A DNA stretch of 64,000 bases. Origin: Anthoceros angustus. Its lineage: Eukaryota; Plantae; Anthocerotophyta. The translations under genes and the position numbers were made by a program. The notes beneath the pieces are model-generated. The model was not told where the DNA came from, searched no databases, and was given only the letters and a program-made list of their open reading frames with translations. Shown here in pieces: positions 12,029 to 23,515 of the stretch. The stretch covers positions 1 through 64,000 of the forward strand of contig VJWM01000259.1 of assembly GCA_010909165.1 (NCBI GenBank), given 5' to 3'. Position 1 is the first letter of the stretch. Each line of letters opens with the position of its first letter.

Positions 12029-13145
12029 TCATTTGGCCAGCTTTTATATTTTGTTATTTTTCAAGAAACATTTGTAACTTTGTGAATGATTCTATAATTA
12101 AATATTTGCCAATTCTGGCAGTTGTTCTAGCGTGCCTAGTGCCAGATTGCTTGAGTGCAATTTGACAATGGATGCATTAGAACAACCTACTAGAAATGCA
12201 AATCTTCTAAATATAAAATCAAGAAAGCTATAAACCTATTTCTTGAAATATGTTCTTAAAGTAGTTTCTTTCAAGGAAAAGAACAATAAAACATATAAAC
12301 AAAATACATTGTCACCTCGAATGTGCAGATTTTTATGCATTCTCACAAATGCAATCTACACCTAAACATGGCTCGATACCATGAAATATGAGAATTGGTG
12401 TAGATCAATTGCTATAAAATAACTACATTATTATATTTGTTAAAACAATGAGTATATAAAACACAAGCAAAATCGAACTTAACCTAGGTGGGTCAATAGA
12501 CACACCCTTCATAAGGACGTAACCCTAATGAGCGGGCACCTAGACTTATAATAGCTATGAGCATTCCTCCGTTGGATGCGCTCGGTGACGTTTGTTGCCG
12601 TCCATCAAATTGGCCATTCATTTGGCCAGCTTTTGTATTTGTTATTTTTCAAGAAACATTTGTAACTTTGTGAATGATTCTATAATTAAATATTTGCCAA
12701 TTAGCGTTGTTCTAGCGTGCCTAGTGCGGATTGCTTGAGTGCAATCGACAATGGATGCACTAGAACAACCTACTAGAAATGCAAATCTTCTAAATATAAA
12801 ATCAAGAAAGCTATAAACCTATTTCTTGAAATATGTTCTTAAAGTAGTTTCTTAAAGGAAAAGAACAATAAAACATATAAACAAAATACATTGTCACCTC
12901 GAATGTGCAGATTTTTATATGCATTCTCACAAATGCAATCTACACCTAAACATGGCTCGATACCATGAAATATGAGAATTGGTGTAGATCAATTGCTATA
13001 TAAAATAACTACATTATTATATTTGTTAAAACAATGAGTATATAAAACAAGCAAAATAATGAACTTAACCTAGGTGGGTCAATAGACACACCCTTCATAA
13101 GGACGTAACCCTAATGAACGGGCACCTAGACTTATAATAGCTATG
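11990..13145. repeat. Tandem duplication (~585 bp) of element B leader, PBS and partial LTR
   Basis: ccgtccatcaaattggccattc...catggctcgataccatgaaatatgag...cttataatagctatga occurs twice. Confidence 0.85.
12951..12965 (-). promoter_or_regulatory. Element B PBS (initiator tRNA-Met type)
   Basis: Minus strand reads tggtatcgagccatg, i.e. TGGTATCAGAGC with one base lost; directly abuts the LTR. Duplicate at ~12367-12381. Confidence 0.85.
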
Positions 13146-13207
13146 AACGCATTCACACTATATATGTACCAAACTGAACCCTAATGAATTAACACTTGTT
13201 CTCATCA
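12966..13207 (-). repeat. Element B 5' LTR
   Basis: TG...CA termini; matches 5489-5731. Confidence 0.92.
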
Positions 13208-14640
13208 TTTTCAACTGGTCACAGATCACCAGCCACTTCATTGGCTGATGACCAACATGAAGTTGAGTGGTAAGCTTCTTGGTGGCTGCTGGCTGATGCG
13301 ATATGGAGATCGTGCACAGGGGAGGCAAGGTGCATCACAATGCAGATGGGCTAAGCAGAAACCCGCTAGAGAGTGACAAGGATGTCACAGGAGCTCGACA
13401 GGATGAGGGGCACATGATGGTGCACCCAGCTTCATGGCACTCATGGCGGGATAGATGATCATGAAGAAGGACATGTCTTGAGTCATCGGGGATGTTTGGA
13501 GACATCCTCAAGCCATCGATTCTTGAAGGAAGGCACAATGCAGGAATGGTAGCGAGCTTGGCTAAACTCGGGCGTGGCGGATACTCATGGGAAGATGGTG
13601 AGGCTCATCGGAAGGAGAACTCGTGAGGAAAGTACCAAGTCACGAGGAAAGAGTGGGCATAGTGACCAAGGTGCACGAAACCCTTGGCCACTTTGGTGTG
13701 AAGAGGACACACCACATGTTGAAAATGTACATTATACAGTGGGGATGTATGCGGATGTCGAGAAGGTGGTGGCTAAGTGTCTTGCATGTGATGCGATCAA
13801 AGCTAGTTAACACCGAGGATGTGGTGTTGCACTCCCTACCAATCGGGGCTATTCTTTAGATGGTCGTTGACCTTATGCGAGCTTCCTCTCACAAAGCAAG
13901 GTAACCGACATTGCATGGTCATGATTGAGCATTTCTCTAAGTGGGTTGAAGTAGCGTTCTTACCAGAGAACCGCATTACAGTGAGCTTTCTGATGTGTGC
14001 TCGGCCGATTTGGGGCTGGCAGAGGTGCTCCACGAGACCGAGTAATGAGTTTGAGGTGAATTCGGACCTTGCTGGGCGAGTCTCATTGATCACGGGGAGG
14101 ACATCGAGGATCATCCACGGGCCGATGGCACGGAAAACTAGTGCAGACCTTCAAGGATGCACTAAGGAAATCTTGCATTCTTGTGGAGCCCAAGTGTTGG
14201 GATGGTGCTCCCTTACATCGTGTTGGGAGTGCAGTCGGTGTGACTCTTGGAAGTTTCGATCCATACTTTTTGTTATTGACGTAGCGTGTTGCCAAATGTG
14301 GTGAAGGACACTTACTCCATCCACATTGGAGCAAAGATGCAAATGTGTGCTTGCACGAGTTCAAGCAGGCAGTATTTCAAAGAATTCTTCCATGGCTATG
14401 GACAATTTGGCATGGCCCGGGACAGTGAGGTATGCTTATCTGGAGCTCGTGGAAGCCCAAAGCTTAAGTTTGCATCTGGAGATTATGTGTACTTGCAACT
14501 GCGGGCACGTTAGATGTCGGGGCTTATCTTGAGAGTTGTGCGAGGTTGGTGAGCAAGGTGTGGTTGAACTTGAAGGAAGAGATGGCGAGAAGGTGCAAGG
14601 AACACATGAAGCATTTGGCTCCATGCCATTTGCGATGGAT
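13208..14640 (+). pseudogene. Element A RNase H C-part and DDE integrase
   Basis: LVTDHQPLHWLMTNMKLSGK; HHNADGLSR; HETLGHFGVKRT..CLAC (HHCC); ELPLTKQGNRHCMVMIEHFSKWVEV. Confidence 0.9.
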
Positions 14641-14669
14641 ACCTGACAGTGCCTCGGACACGGGCGCCA

Positions 14670-14803
14670 CCGGTTGCCACAGCGGAGTGTGGGCTGGCGG
14701 CGAAGAATTCATGTTGCTATGTGGTGTAGTGGTTACCATCTGTTTTGCCTCAAACCGATCTTGGATAGTGTTCGGAGGAGAATGGCTATGTGAGCAGCAT
14801 GTA
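14670..14803 (+). pseudogene. PHD finger at the C-terminus of element A integrase
   Basis: EEFMLLC..C-SGYHLFCLKPILDSV(P)-GEWLCEQ, a C4-H-C3 PHD pattern read across frameshifts. Confidence 0.8.
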
Positions 14804-15221
14804 ATGTGCTAAGTGTGAGCGTGGCTCTTCTGAAGGTGGTCTTGATGTTGTCTTAAATTCACACACGGAAGGTGAAGCAGTTGTAGTCTGGATGAAGAAG
14901 GACACAAGATGCTTGGGCCAAATTCACAAAATGGGATCTTGCACATGCTAAGGCGAGAGAGTTGTTGCGAAGCGATTACTGCATGTGCAAGGGATTGTGA
15001 GAAGAGGAATTACAGACGTACAGAGGACTGACAAGCCCGACAAGGGTCTAATTCCTACTAGAAACGAGAGACAAAATTGGGCACACGTAGCTGCGAGGGA
15101 GCATCTCATTTTGGAAGAGGAACCTTTGCATGCACAGACTGACCGGGCGCGCGGATTGAGAATTCCTCACAATGTGTTTCTAAAGGTGGTTTCAGCTGTT
15201 TGGAGCTGGATAGAGAGCGCC

Positions 15222-15674
15222 ATGGTCAGGCCCGTTTCATACGAGCATAGGAGAAGGCGTAAAAGTCCTGCCCTATCCGCAATTACGGAAGGTGAAGCAT
15301 CAGAAGAGGAAGTGCCACCGTCACCCAAGCGCAAGAGGGGACGACCGCGCAAGCATCCTTTATCAGAGAGCATGGAAGCCCAGCAGGAGTTTGGCGTCAG
15401 CCGGTCTCAAATCAGGGAGCGGTCAGTCCGTGCTGACGGCAGCAGGAGAACACCACGCTCGCCTTTTCACGACAGAGCGGTGGAGCACACTGCCTACCTC
15501 CCAAGACAACTGCAGCGTACCTCCGATCCTACTCAGGTACAGCATGTATGTCGGCCTTCGGCAGGTGCTGAGAATTCCAGGGTTGCACCTAGGACTGGTA
15601 GTTCTCACCTGCCTGACCATGGAGGAGGTCTCGCCTGGCGAGGTGGAGATCTTGGAATCCGTGCCCTCCGAGGT
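15222..15674 (+). pseudogene. Element A 3' extra ORF, N-part, with AT-hook
   Basis: MVRPVSYEHRRRRKSP...PKRKRGRPRKHP; interrupted by element C at ...VPSEV. Confidence 0.6.
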
Positions 15675-15816
15675 TGTCGTGCGTCTTCATCATTTGTCGG
15701 TATGACGCAAAACCGACTTGCTCACACTTCTTCTGGTTTTCACCGGCCTTGGTGCAAAGGGAAAAGAGGGCTGCTTGTCGGGCCAAACAAAAGAAAAGTG
15801 CTAAAATTCTACCTAT
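15675..15816 (-). repeat. Element C repeat B2 (3' terminus)
   Basis: tgtcgtgcgtcttcatcatttgtcggtatgacgcaaaaccgacttg...aaattctacctat recurs at 16340-16474. Confidence 0.85.
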
Positions 15817-15821
15817 GCTGC

Positions 15822-16338
15822 AGACATGCACCGGTAGCTCACATGTCTTGATGCTCACTTGATTCGAGAAAATTAAAAGGCTGCCCTACAGGCCCTAAAT
15901 GATAAGTCCCATGAACCGCACATTACACACATTGCCACAATCTTGGCGCGCATACACACAATAGGTCTTTGCATTCTGACCTAGAAATTCGACAACAACA
16001 AAATTGCGTGTGTTCATTAGCGTTCCTCCTAGGGACTTGACAAGCCTTCCACCGCCGCCTTGGTCTTGTGCTCCATAGCCTTGCAACCACCTTGCGTCGT
16101 GATACCGATGGGCACCACACTCTTGGTGCGGCATCCTCTTGGATTGGAGTGATCATATCGCTTTCTCCCACGGTTGTGAGAGGAGACTGGCCCAAGCTTG
16201 GCCATTTTGCGGTTATTTCCGACTTTCTGTTTAAGGGCATTTTAGTAATTATCGGTACCAAGATTAAACTAAGCTAACAAAACCTACTTGCTAAGCCCTA
16301 GCTTCTAAGAGTTAGTTCCTAGCATCGGTTTCACGTCG
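15822..16338 (-). repeat. Element C repeat A2
   Basis: agacatgcaccgg...gttagttcctagcatc-gtttcacgtc matches 28322-28840. Confidence 0.88.
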
Positions 16339-16339
16339 G

Positions 16340-16474
16340 TGTCGTGCGTCTTCATCATTTGTCGGTATGACGCAAAACCGACTTGCTCACACTTCTTCTG
16401 GTTTCACCCGGCCTTGTGCAAGGGAAAAGAGGCTCTCGAGGCCAAACAAAAGAAAAGTGCTAAAATTCTACCTA
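16340..16474 (-). repeat. Element C repeat B1
   Basis: Copy of 15675-15816; separated from A2 by one base. Confidence 0.85.
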
Positions 16475-16715
16475 TACCCCGGTGATGGACAGGCGGGAAC
16501 AACAAAAGAAAGAAAGAACAAGGCATGCAGCGTCTTTGAAACAAATGCCACATGGAACCAAGAATGAGGCCAGCAAGAATCCTAGAACTCCTGCAGCCGC
16601 ATTCACAATGGAAAGCTTGGTGCGTCTAGCAAACAAAAAGGTCCACACAATTCCATCACCCACCAACATCACATGGATGTAAAATCCAAGCAGTCATCCA
16701 CAACAAGCATTTCCA

Positions 16716-16845
16716 GCACACTTTGCACAATACGAGTTGCTCGAGAGCGACTGCGGAGGGTAAGGCAAAACAAATGAAAACCCCATTGCATCCGTCACGG
16801 AGAAGCATAAGCTCCTCATCATCATCCTCCCACAAACCACGCGGG
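16716..16845 (-). pseudogene. PHD finger at the C-terminus of element C integrase
   Basis: (C)VVCGR-DDEELMLL(C)DGCNG(G)FHLFCLTPP...N(W)YCAKC. Confidence 0.85.
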
Positions 16846-16849
16846 TAGT

Positions 16850-19800
16850 GCGGTGGAATCCAGCTGTTGTTATCAACATGGGGTCCAAATTAGGTAAGTG
16901 GCGGGCGCCGGGTTCTTGGTATGGTGCAATAGTCCTACCATCGAGCCACCGCAAAATCAGCACTCCATTGGGCTAACTACCCCTCGGCACATGTCTCTGC
17001 ACAGATGTCCAAGGTGTCCACAGTTTGCCTTTGCAAGTATCGAAATCCCCAATGGAATTTCTTGACTTGGGCTGAATGACCATGCTGGTGTATCTACCGT
17101 AAGGAATCCGGTCTTGAGCTATGTTGAGGTTGGCCATAGCCATTGGCATAACACGAAATAGCGTGCCCGCTCCCCAATCACTCGAGCCCATGTGGCGGGA
17201 TCATCAATTTGTACCACCTCCTGCATCTTCTTAGCTATTGTACTCGGCGGCTCACGACCAAAAAGCAAGTAAGGGAGAAGTGTGCCTGCATGTTTACTCA
17301 TGCGGTAGCCCATAGCGATGTAGGGCGAGAGGTCCCAATCCTCCTTTCCACGCAAGCATAACTTTCTCAGCCCCTTTTGATGGTGCGGACCATCCTTTCA
17401 GCCAGCCATCGGCGAGGATGGTCCCCTAGTCACTTTGTGATCGATAAGCGCAACATCTAAAAGGTCACGAAATTCCTCTAAACTCGAGCCACAGTCGATC
17501 GGGCACTCGGCACTACTACCAAAAGCGGCTAAGCACGTGTGCAAAAATGCAGGGCGTGCTTCGAGGACTTATCGATAGAGCCACAACCTCCACCCATTTG
17601 GAGAAATGCTCCATCATGACAAGTATGTAGACATTGCCTCTCGGCGTCCTAGTCAATTCTCCAATGAGGTCGCGGGACCGGTGAAAGAACAAGCCCATGA
17701 TGGGCGGAGGGTGGAGAACAAGGTCTTTGCATAGTAAAGGAGGCCTTGACTCGGTCACAAGGCTCCGGCCACTGTTCTACTTTTGGTTGTGCATCCCATA
17801 CCAATAAAAATGAGGTGTGAGCGGTGTAAGTCCTTCACACCAAAGTGACCATGTCGTGCACACGGCGTATCGTCGACCCTATCACGGTGGTGGCACCAAG
17901 CGCTCGACACCATTGCCCGACTTGCGAATCATGTAGCCATCACGCCAATAGTCTTTATTCGTCTGACTGCTGCCTGTTCTTTTCGGTGGGTCGGGCCTCG
18001 TCCATGCCACAGTGGTCGGGCACTCGGCACTAAAAGCGGCTAAGCACGTGTGCAAAAATGCAGGGCGTGCTTGAGGACTTATCGATAGAGCCACAACCTC
18101 CACCCATTTGGAGAAATGCTCCATCATGACAAGTATGTAGACATTGCCTCTCGGCGTCCTAGTCAATTCTCCAATGAGGTCGCGGGACCGGTGAAGAACA
18201 AGCCCATGATGGGCGGAGGGTGGAGAACCGGGTCTTTGCATAGTAAAGGAGGCCTTGACTCGGTCACAAGGCTCACGCCACACTGTTCACTTTGGTTGTG
18301 CATCCCATACCAATAAAAATGAGGTGTGAGCGGTGTAAGTCCTTCACACCAAAGTGACCATGTCGTCGTGCACACGGCGTATCGTCGACCCTATCACGGT
18401 GGTGGCACCAAGCGCTCGACACCATTGCCCGACTTGCGAATCATGTAGCCATCACGCCAATAGTCTTTGTTCATGACTGCTGCACCTGTTCTTTTCGGTG
18501 GGTCGGGCCTCGTCCATACGTGCAAATCTTGAAGAGCATTCACATCTTCCCAAATGTCCTTTGCATTGTTTGAGCACAAACAATCATCCAAGGCGGTCAT
18601 GGCAACAAGGGCTGCAAGCGCGGCATGACATCGCACCAATCTCCTCCTCATGGTCCTGCCTAGCCTCGGTGACATCACTGCACGTCCGGATTTCTAGATA
18701 GCATGTCGCATTTTGGTGTGTCACTCCTGTGCTCCACAAGGAAGTCATAATCTTGAAGTATCATGGCCCAGCCGACTTCCCACTCAATTTTGTGTTAGTC
18801 ATCAGCCATTTCAATGGTGATCGATAAGCGCAACATCTAAAAGGTCACGAAATTCCCTCTAAACTCGAGCCACAGTGGTCGGGCACTCGGCACTAAAAGC
18901 GGCTAAGCACGTGTGCAAAAATGCAGGGCGTGCTTGAGGACTTATCGATAGAGCCACAACCTCCACCCATTTGGAGAAATGCTCCATCATGACAAGTATG
19001 TAGACATTGCCTCTCGGCGTCCTAGTCAATTCTCCAATGAGGTCGCGGGACCGGTGAAGAACAAGCCCATGATGGGCGGAGGGTGGAGAACCGGGTCTTT
19101 GCATAGTAAAGGAGGCCTTGACTCGGTCACAAGGCTCACGCCACACTGTTCACTTTGGTTGTGCATCCCATACCAATAAAAATGAGGTGTGAGCGGTGTA
19201 AGTCCTTCACACCAAAGTGACCATGTCGTCGTGCACACGGCGTATCGTCGACCCTATCACGGTGGTGGCACCAAGCGCTCGACACCATTGCCCGACTTGC
19301 GAATCATGTAGCCATCACGCCAATAGTCTTTGTTCATGACTGCTGCACCTGTTCTTTTCGGTGGGTCGGGCCTCGTCCATACGTGCAAATCTTGAAGAGC
19401 ATTCACATCTTCCCAAATGTCCTTTGCATTAGGTGAGCACAAACACAATCATCCAAGAAGGGTCATGGCAACAAGGGCTGCAAGCGCGGCATGACATCGC
19501 ACCAATCTCCTCCTCATGGTCCTGCCTAGCCTCGGTGACATCACTGCACGTCCGGATTTCTAGATAGCATGTGCATTTTGGTGTGTCACTCGGCTGTGCT
19601 CCAAGTCATAATCTTGAAGTATCATGGCCCAGTGAGCCGACTTCCCACTCAATTTTGTGTTAGTCATCAGCCATTTCAATGGCGATGATCGATCACTAAA
19701 GCTGCGACCATACAAATATGGGCGGAGTGGCAAGCGGCCCAAACGCATGAGGCACTCCCCTCATAGCTGTAATTGGCCTCCGCTCGGTTATTACTCCTCG

Positions 19801-22420
19801 AGGCATAAGCGATCACGCGCTCCTTGCCTCATCCTCTTGTGCAAGCACCGCCCAAGTCGCATCCAATCGGTGTGTAACACAAATGGCTTGCTAAAATCGG
19901 CCTAGCCATGGTTGGTGACCTGGTCAATTGCTCCTTCAACATGTCAAAAGCTTGCTGCGCCAACTCATCCATGCCCATTCCACGTCTTTCCTCAACATGT
20001 CATTCAAGGGTTTCGCTGAAATTCGAATGTAAACCTATAATAGTTGCATAACCCAAGAAAGGCATGAAAGGCGACACGTTGGTGGGCTCCTTCACTGCAG
20101 GATAGCCTGTACCTTGGCTGAGTGGGGCATCACCCGTTAGGCACGATTCTGACCTAAATATGCCAGTGTTCATTCCAAATTCACATTTGGACGGGTGACA
20201 TGTGAGCTCGCCTTCCTTAGCCTACGGAACAGCTCCTCTAAGTGTGCCAAGGCATGTTTACTCATGCGGTAGCCCATAGCGATGTAGGGCATGAGGTCCC
20301 AATCCTCCTTTCCACGCGCAAGCATAACTTTCTCACCTTTTGATGGTGCGGACCATCCTTTCAGCCATCGGCGAGGATGGTCCCTGCTAGTCCTTTGTGA
20401 TCGATAAGCGCAACATCTAAAAGGTCACGAAATTCCTCTAAACTCGAGCCACAGTGGTCGGGCACTGCAGCCTACCAGCGGCTAAGCACGTGTGCAAAAA
20501 TGCAGGGCGTGCTTGAGGACTTATCGATAGAGCCACAACCTCCACCCATTTGGAGAAATGCTCCATCATGACAAGTATGTAGACATTGCCTCTCGGCGTC
20601 CTAGTCAATTCTCCAATGAGGTCGCGGGACCGGTGAAAGAACAAGCCCATGATGGGCGGAGGGTGGAGAACCGGGTCTTTGCATAGTAAAGGAGGCCTTG
20701 ACTCGGTCACAAGGCTCACGAGCCACATTCTCGCACTTTGTGCATCCCATACCAATAAAAATGAGGTGTGAGCGGGCGTAAGTCGCTTCACACCAAAGTG
20801 ACCATGTCGTCGTGCACACGGCGTATCGTCGACCCTATCACGGTGGTGGCACCAAGCGCTCGACACCATTGCCCGACTTGCGAATCATGTAGCCATCACG
20901 CCAATAGTCTATTGACCGCTGCGCACCTGTTCTTTTCATTTGGGTCGGGCCTCGTCCATATACTTGCCGTCTTGAAGAGCATTCACATCTTCCCAAATGT
21001 CCTTTGCATTAGGGTGAGCAACACAATCATCCAAGGCGGTCATGGCAACAAGGGCTGCAAGCCGACATGACATCGCACCAATCTCCTCCTCATGGTCCTG
21101 CCTAGCCTCGGTGACATCACTGCGGTCTTGTCCGGATTTCTAGATAGCATGTCGCATTTTGGTGTGTCACTCCTGTGCTCCACAAGGAAGTCATAATCTT
21201 GAAGTATCATGGCCCAGTGAGCCGACTTCCCACTCAATTTTGTGTTAGTCATCAGCCATTTCAATGGCGATGATCGATCACTAACCAAGCTGACCATACA
21301 AATATGGGCGGAGTGGCAAGCAACCCAAACATGCGAGGCACTCCCCTCATAGCTCGTGTGGCCTCCGCTCGGTTATTACTCCTCGAGGCATAAGCGATCA
21401 CGCGCTCCTTGCCCCACTCATCCTCTTGTGCAAGCACCGCCCAAGTCCCGACGGCTCAATCGTGTGTAACACAAATGGCTTGCTAAAATCGCCTAGCCAT
21501 GGGGTGACCTGGTCAATTGCTCCTTCAACATGTCAAAAGCTTGCTGCGCCAACTCATCCATGCCCATTCCACGTCTTTCCTCAACATGTCATTCAAGGGT
21601 TTCGCAATTCTGAAATTAGATGTAAACCTATAATAGTTGCATAACCCAAGAAAGGCACGCAAGGTGACACGTTGGTGGGCTCCTTCACTGCAGGATAGCC
21701 TGTACCTTGGCTGAGTGGGGCATCACCCGTTAGGCACGATTCAGGACCTAAATATGCCAGTGTTCATTCCAAATTCACATTTGGACGGGTGACATGTGAG
21801 CTCGCCTTCCTTAGCCTACGGAACAGCTCCTCTAAGTGTGCCGGTGATCCTCAAAGGCGATCTTGTGAACCCGGCCGTCGTCGATATAGCACAACAAGTT
21901 GGCACATCCACCAAAACGGATCCATCACCCGGAAAAGTGGCGGGTGCGTTCTTGAACCGAATGGCATCACCAGCCATTCCACATTGGGACCCGTGAAGCG
22001 CGGTCTTCTTGATGTCCTCTTACGCAGCGGAATCGTTAAAACCACATCGAAGGTCCAAAGTAGAGAAGAAGCAGGCAATCTTTGTCAAATATCTCCTCTC
22101 GGCATTGGGTACCGATCCTGATGGCGGCATTGATGGGACGATAGTCCCCACATCCGTTCTCCGTCCACGTTGGGCATCCTTCTTTAGCGGCATATGATTC
22201 TTTGCGCCGTCCATTTGGATAGCCGGATAAGCCACCTTCAAGAAGCTCACGACACCTAGCATCGACCATCTCCCTCCGTCTTGCTCAACTGTAGCGGCGC
22301 GGTAGATGGGCTCACTGGCTATCGTTGATCACTGATCACATTGCGGTGAGGTCCTTCATGGTAAAACAAAGCATCACGATACTTGAGCGAGGAGAGTGTG
22401 GATGCGTGTCTTACGCCCAT
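16850..22420 (-). pseudogene. pol: Element C RT, RNase H and DDE integrase, with several internal tandem duplications
   Basis: CGDYRPINA..EEIFD; EWLVMPFG; HPSKCEFG; PLKWLMTNTKLSGKSAHWAMILQDYD; HGHFGVKR; ELTRTPRGNVYILVMMEHFSKWVEVVAL (present four times); WDLSPYIAMGYR. Confidence 0.9.
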
Positions 22421-22669
22421 CTCGATCCATCCCCATGCGCCACGGAAAGTCTCGGCATTTAGCTTAGGCTTTGCGGGACTGATCATCTAAGCGCTCTCTG
22501 GTGGTGAGGCGGAAAAGCACTGTGGGGACGGACTGCTCCACCCCCATCCGGCCAGAAAGGCATGTATGCATATCCGTGAAAAGGGAGATGAAGCTGCGTT
22601 TGGACACATCTTGTGATGGGCTGGTACCATGTTGCCAGCGGCGTGGGTGCCAAGCACAGACTCACTAAC

Positions 22670-23515
22670 CACGTGAGTGCGTGAACATCCATGGCTCGCC
22701 TAGAGCACGCTTGGTGTATGTAGTAGGGCTCAGCAGAATGGGGTGAAAGCCCATAATGCGTTCGCTCCGGCCGGTGGGTTCCTCCTGCTGCGTGTTGGTG
22801 TTCAAATGCTGTCCCTCGACCACGTAAGCGAATGAACGGAAAGCTAACCGGCATGGGCGGTGCCGGCGTGTGTTGGTTTTGAACCAAGGCGCACGCTCAC
22901 TTGGCGGTAACAAGCTGGGCTGGTGATGATCCTCCGGCGATTGAAGGCAAGGACGGGTCCCTGTGTGCCAAAGCAGTGCGGCGAGGCGGGGACCAAGTTG
23001 GTCGATAATTCCTCGAGCGGTGAGCAAAGCGCCCACAGGCCGCATCTAACGGGATGGGAGGCCCGGATGTCTTGAACCGCCATGTCCTGTTGCACATGTG
23101 CTCTGCATCAAATTGCGGTGTATTCTCAAGGAGGTAAGCACACTGGTTGTATTCTTGAGCCCATGTGAGGACTGATGTAGATCCTGAGCATTACGGCGTG
23201 CATCTTGTAGACCAGCTCCATGCCCGGCTTGGGAGAACCCCAGCATTCCGGCCGGCAATCACCATATCCACATTTCCCAAGGCACGAATGTGGCCTTCTT
23301 GAATGTAACGGACATCCTGCGGTAGGCGGTGAAAGCCTTGATAGGCCTCCAAGGCGATTCTTTGTGGAAAACGCTCATGCAGCCCTTGCGGCTGAACTCT
23401 GCGATACGGCGTCTTTGTGACATCATTGTCACAATACACGTATCGGCATATGGGCGATCCATCATCAAGAGAGCCTCCGGCCCGATCAGATCCCGCCAAA
23501 GAGTTCTACCACCGT
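22670..23515 (-). pseudogene. Element C C5-cytosine DNA methyltransferase domain (frameshifted)
   Basis: VVELFGGI-SG(L)EALL (I); ICRYVYCDND (II); LPQDVRYI (III); VDMVIAG(W)EC(Q)GFSQAGHGAGLQDAR (IV/V); AYLLENT (VI); PLDAACG-FAHRSRNY(W)TNL (VIII); EEPT..ERIMGF (IX); RALG-AMDVHAL (X). Confidence 0.9.

Larger units (their letters stand above)
5489..13207 (-). mobile_element. Element B: full-length Ty1/copia LTR retrotransposon inserted in element A RNase H
   Basis: ~242-bp LTRs at 5489-5731 and 12966-13207, PBS, PPT, near-TSD GTTTC (5484-5488)/TTTTC (13208-13212). The host frame rejoins as K-F-Q-L-V-T-D-H-Q-P-L. Confidence 0.92.

Noticed and set aside
14440-14640. Chromodomain after element A integrase
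   Set aside because: No chromodomain aromatic-cage motif is seen; it looks like the ordinary integrase C-terminal region and is followed by a PHD finger.
14985-15851. 288-aa ORF as a host AT-hook gene
   Set aside because: It lies inside element A, its tail reads into repeat B2 of element C, and no exon structure is evident. I treated it as an element accessory ORF starting at the ATG at 15222.
22670-23515. Bacterial restriction-modification methylase or contamination
   Set aside because: It is embedded collinearly between retroelement PR and RT in two families; there is no endonuclease or operon context.
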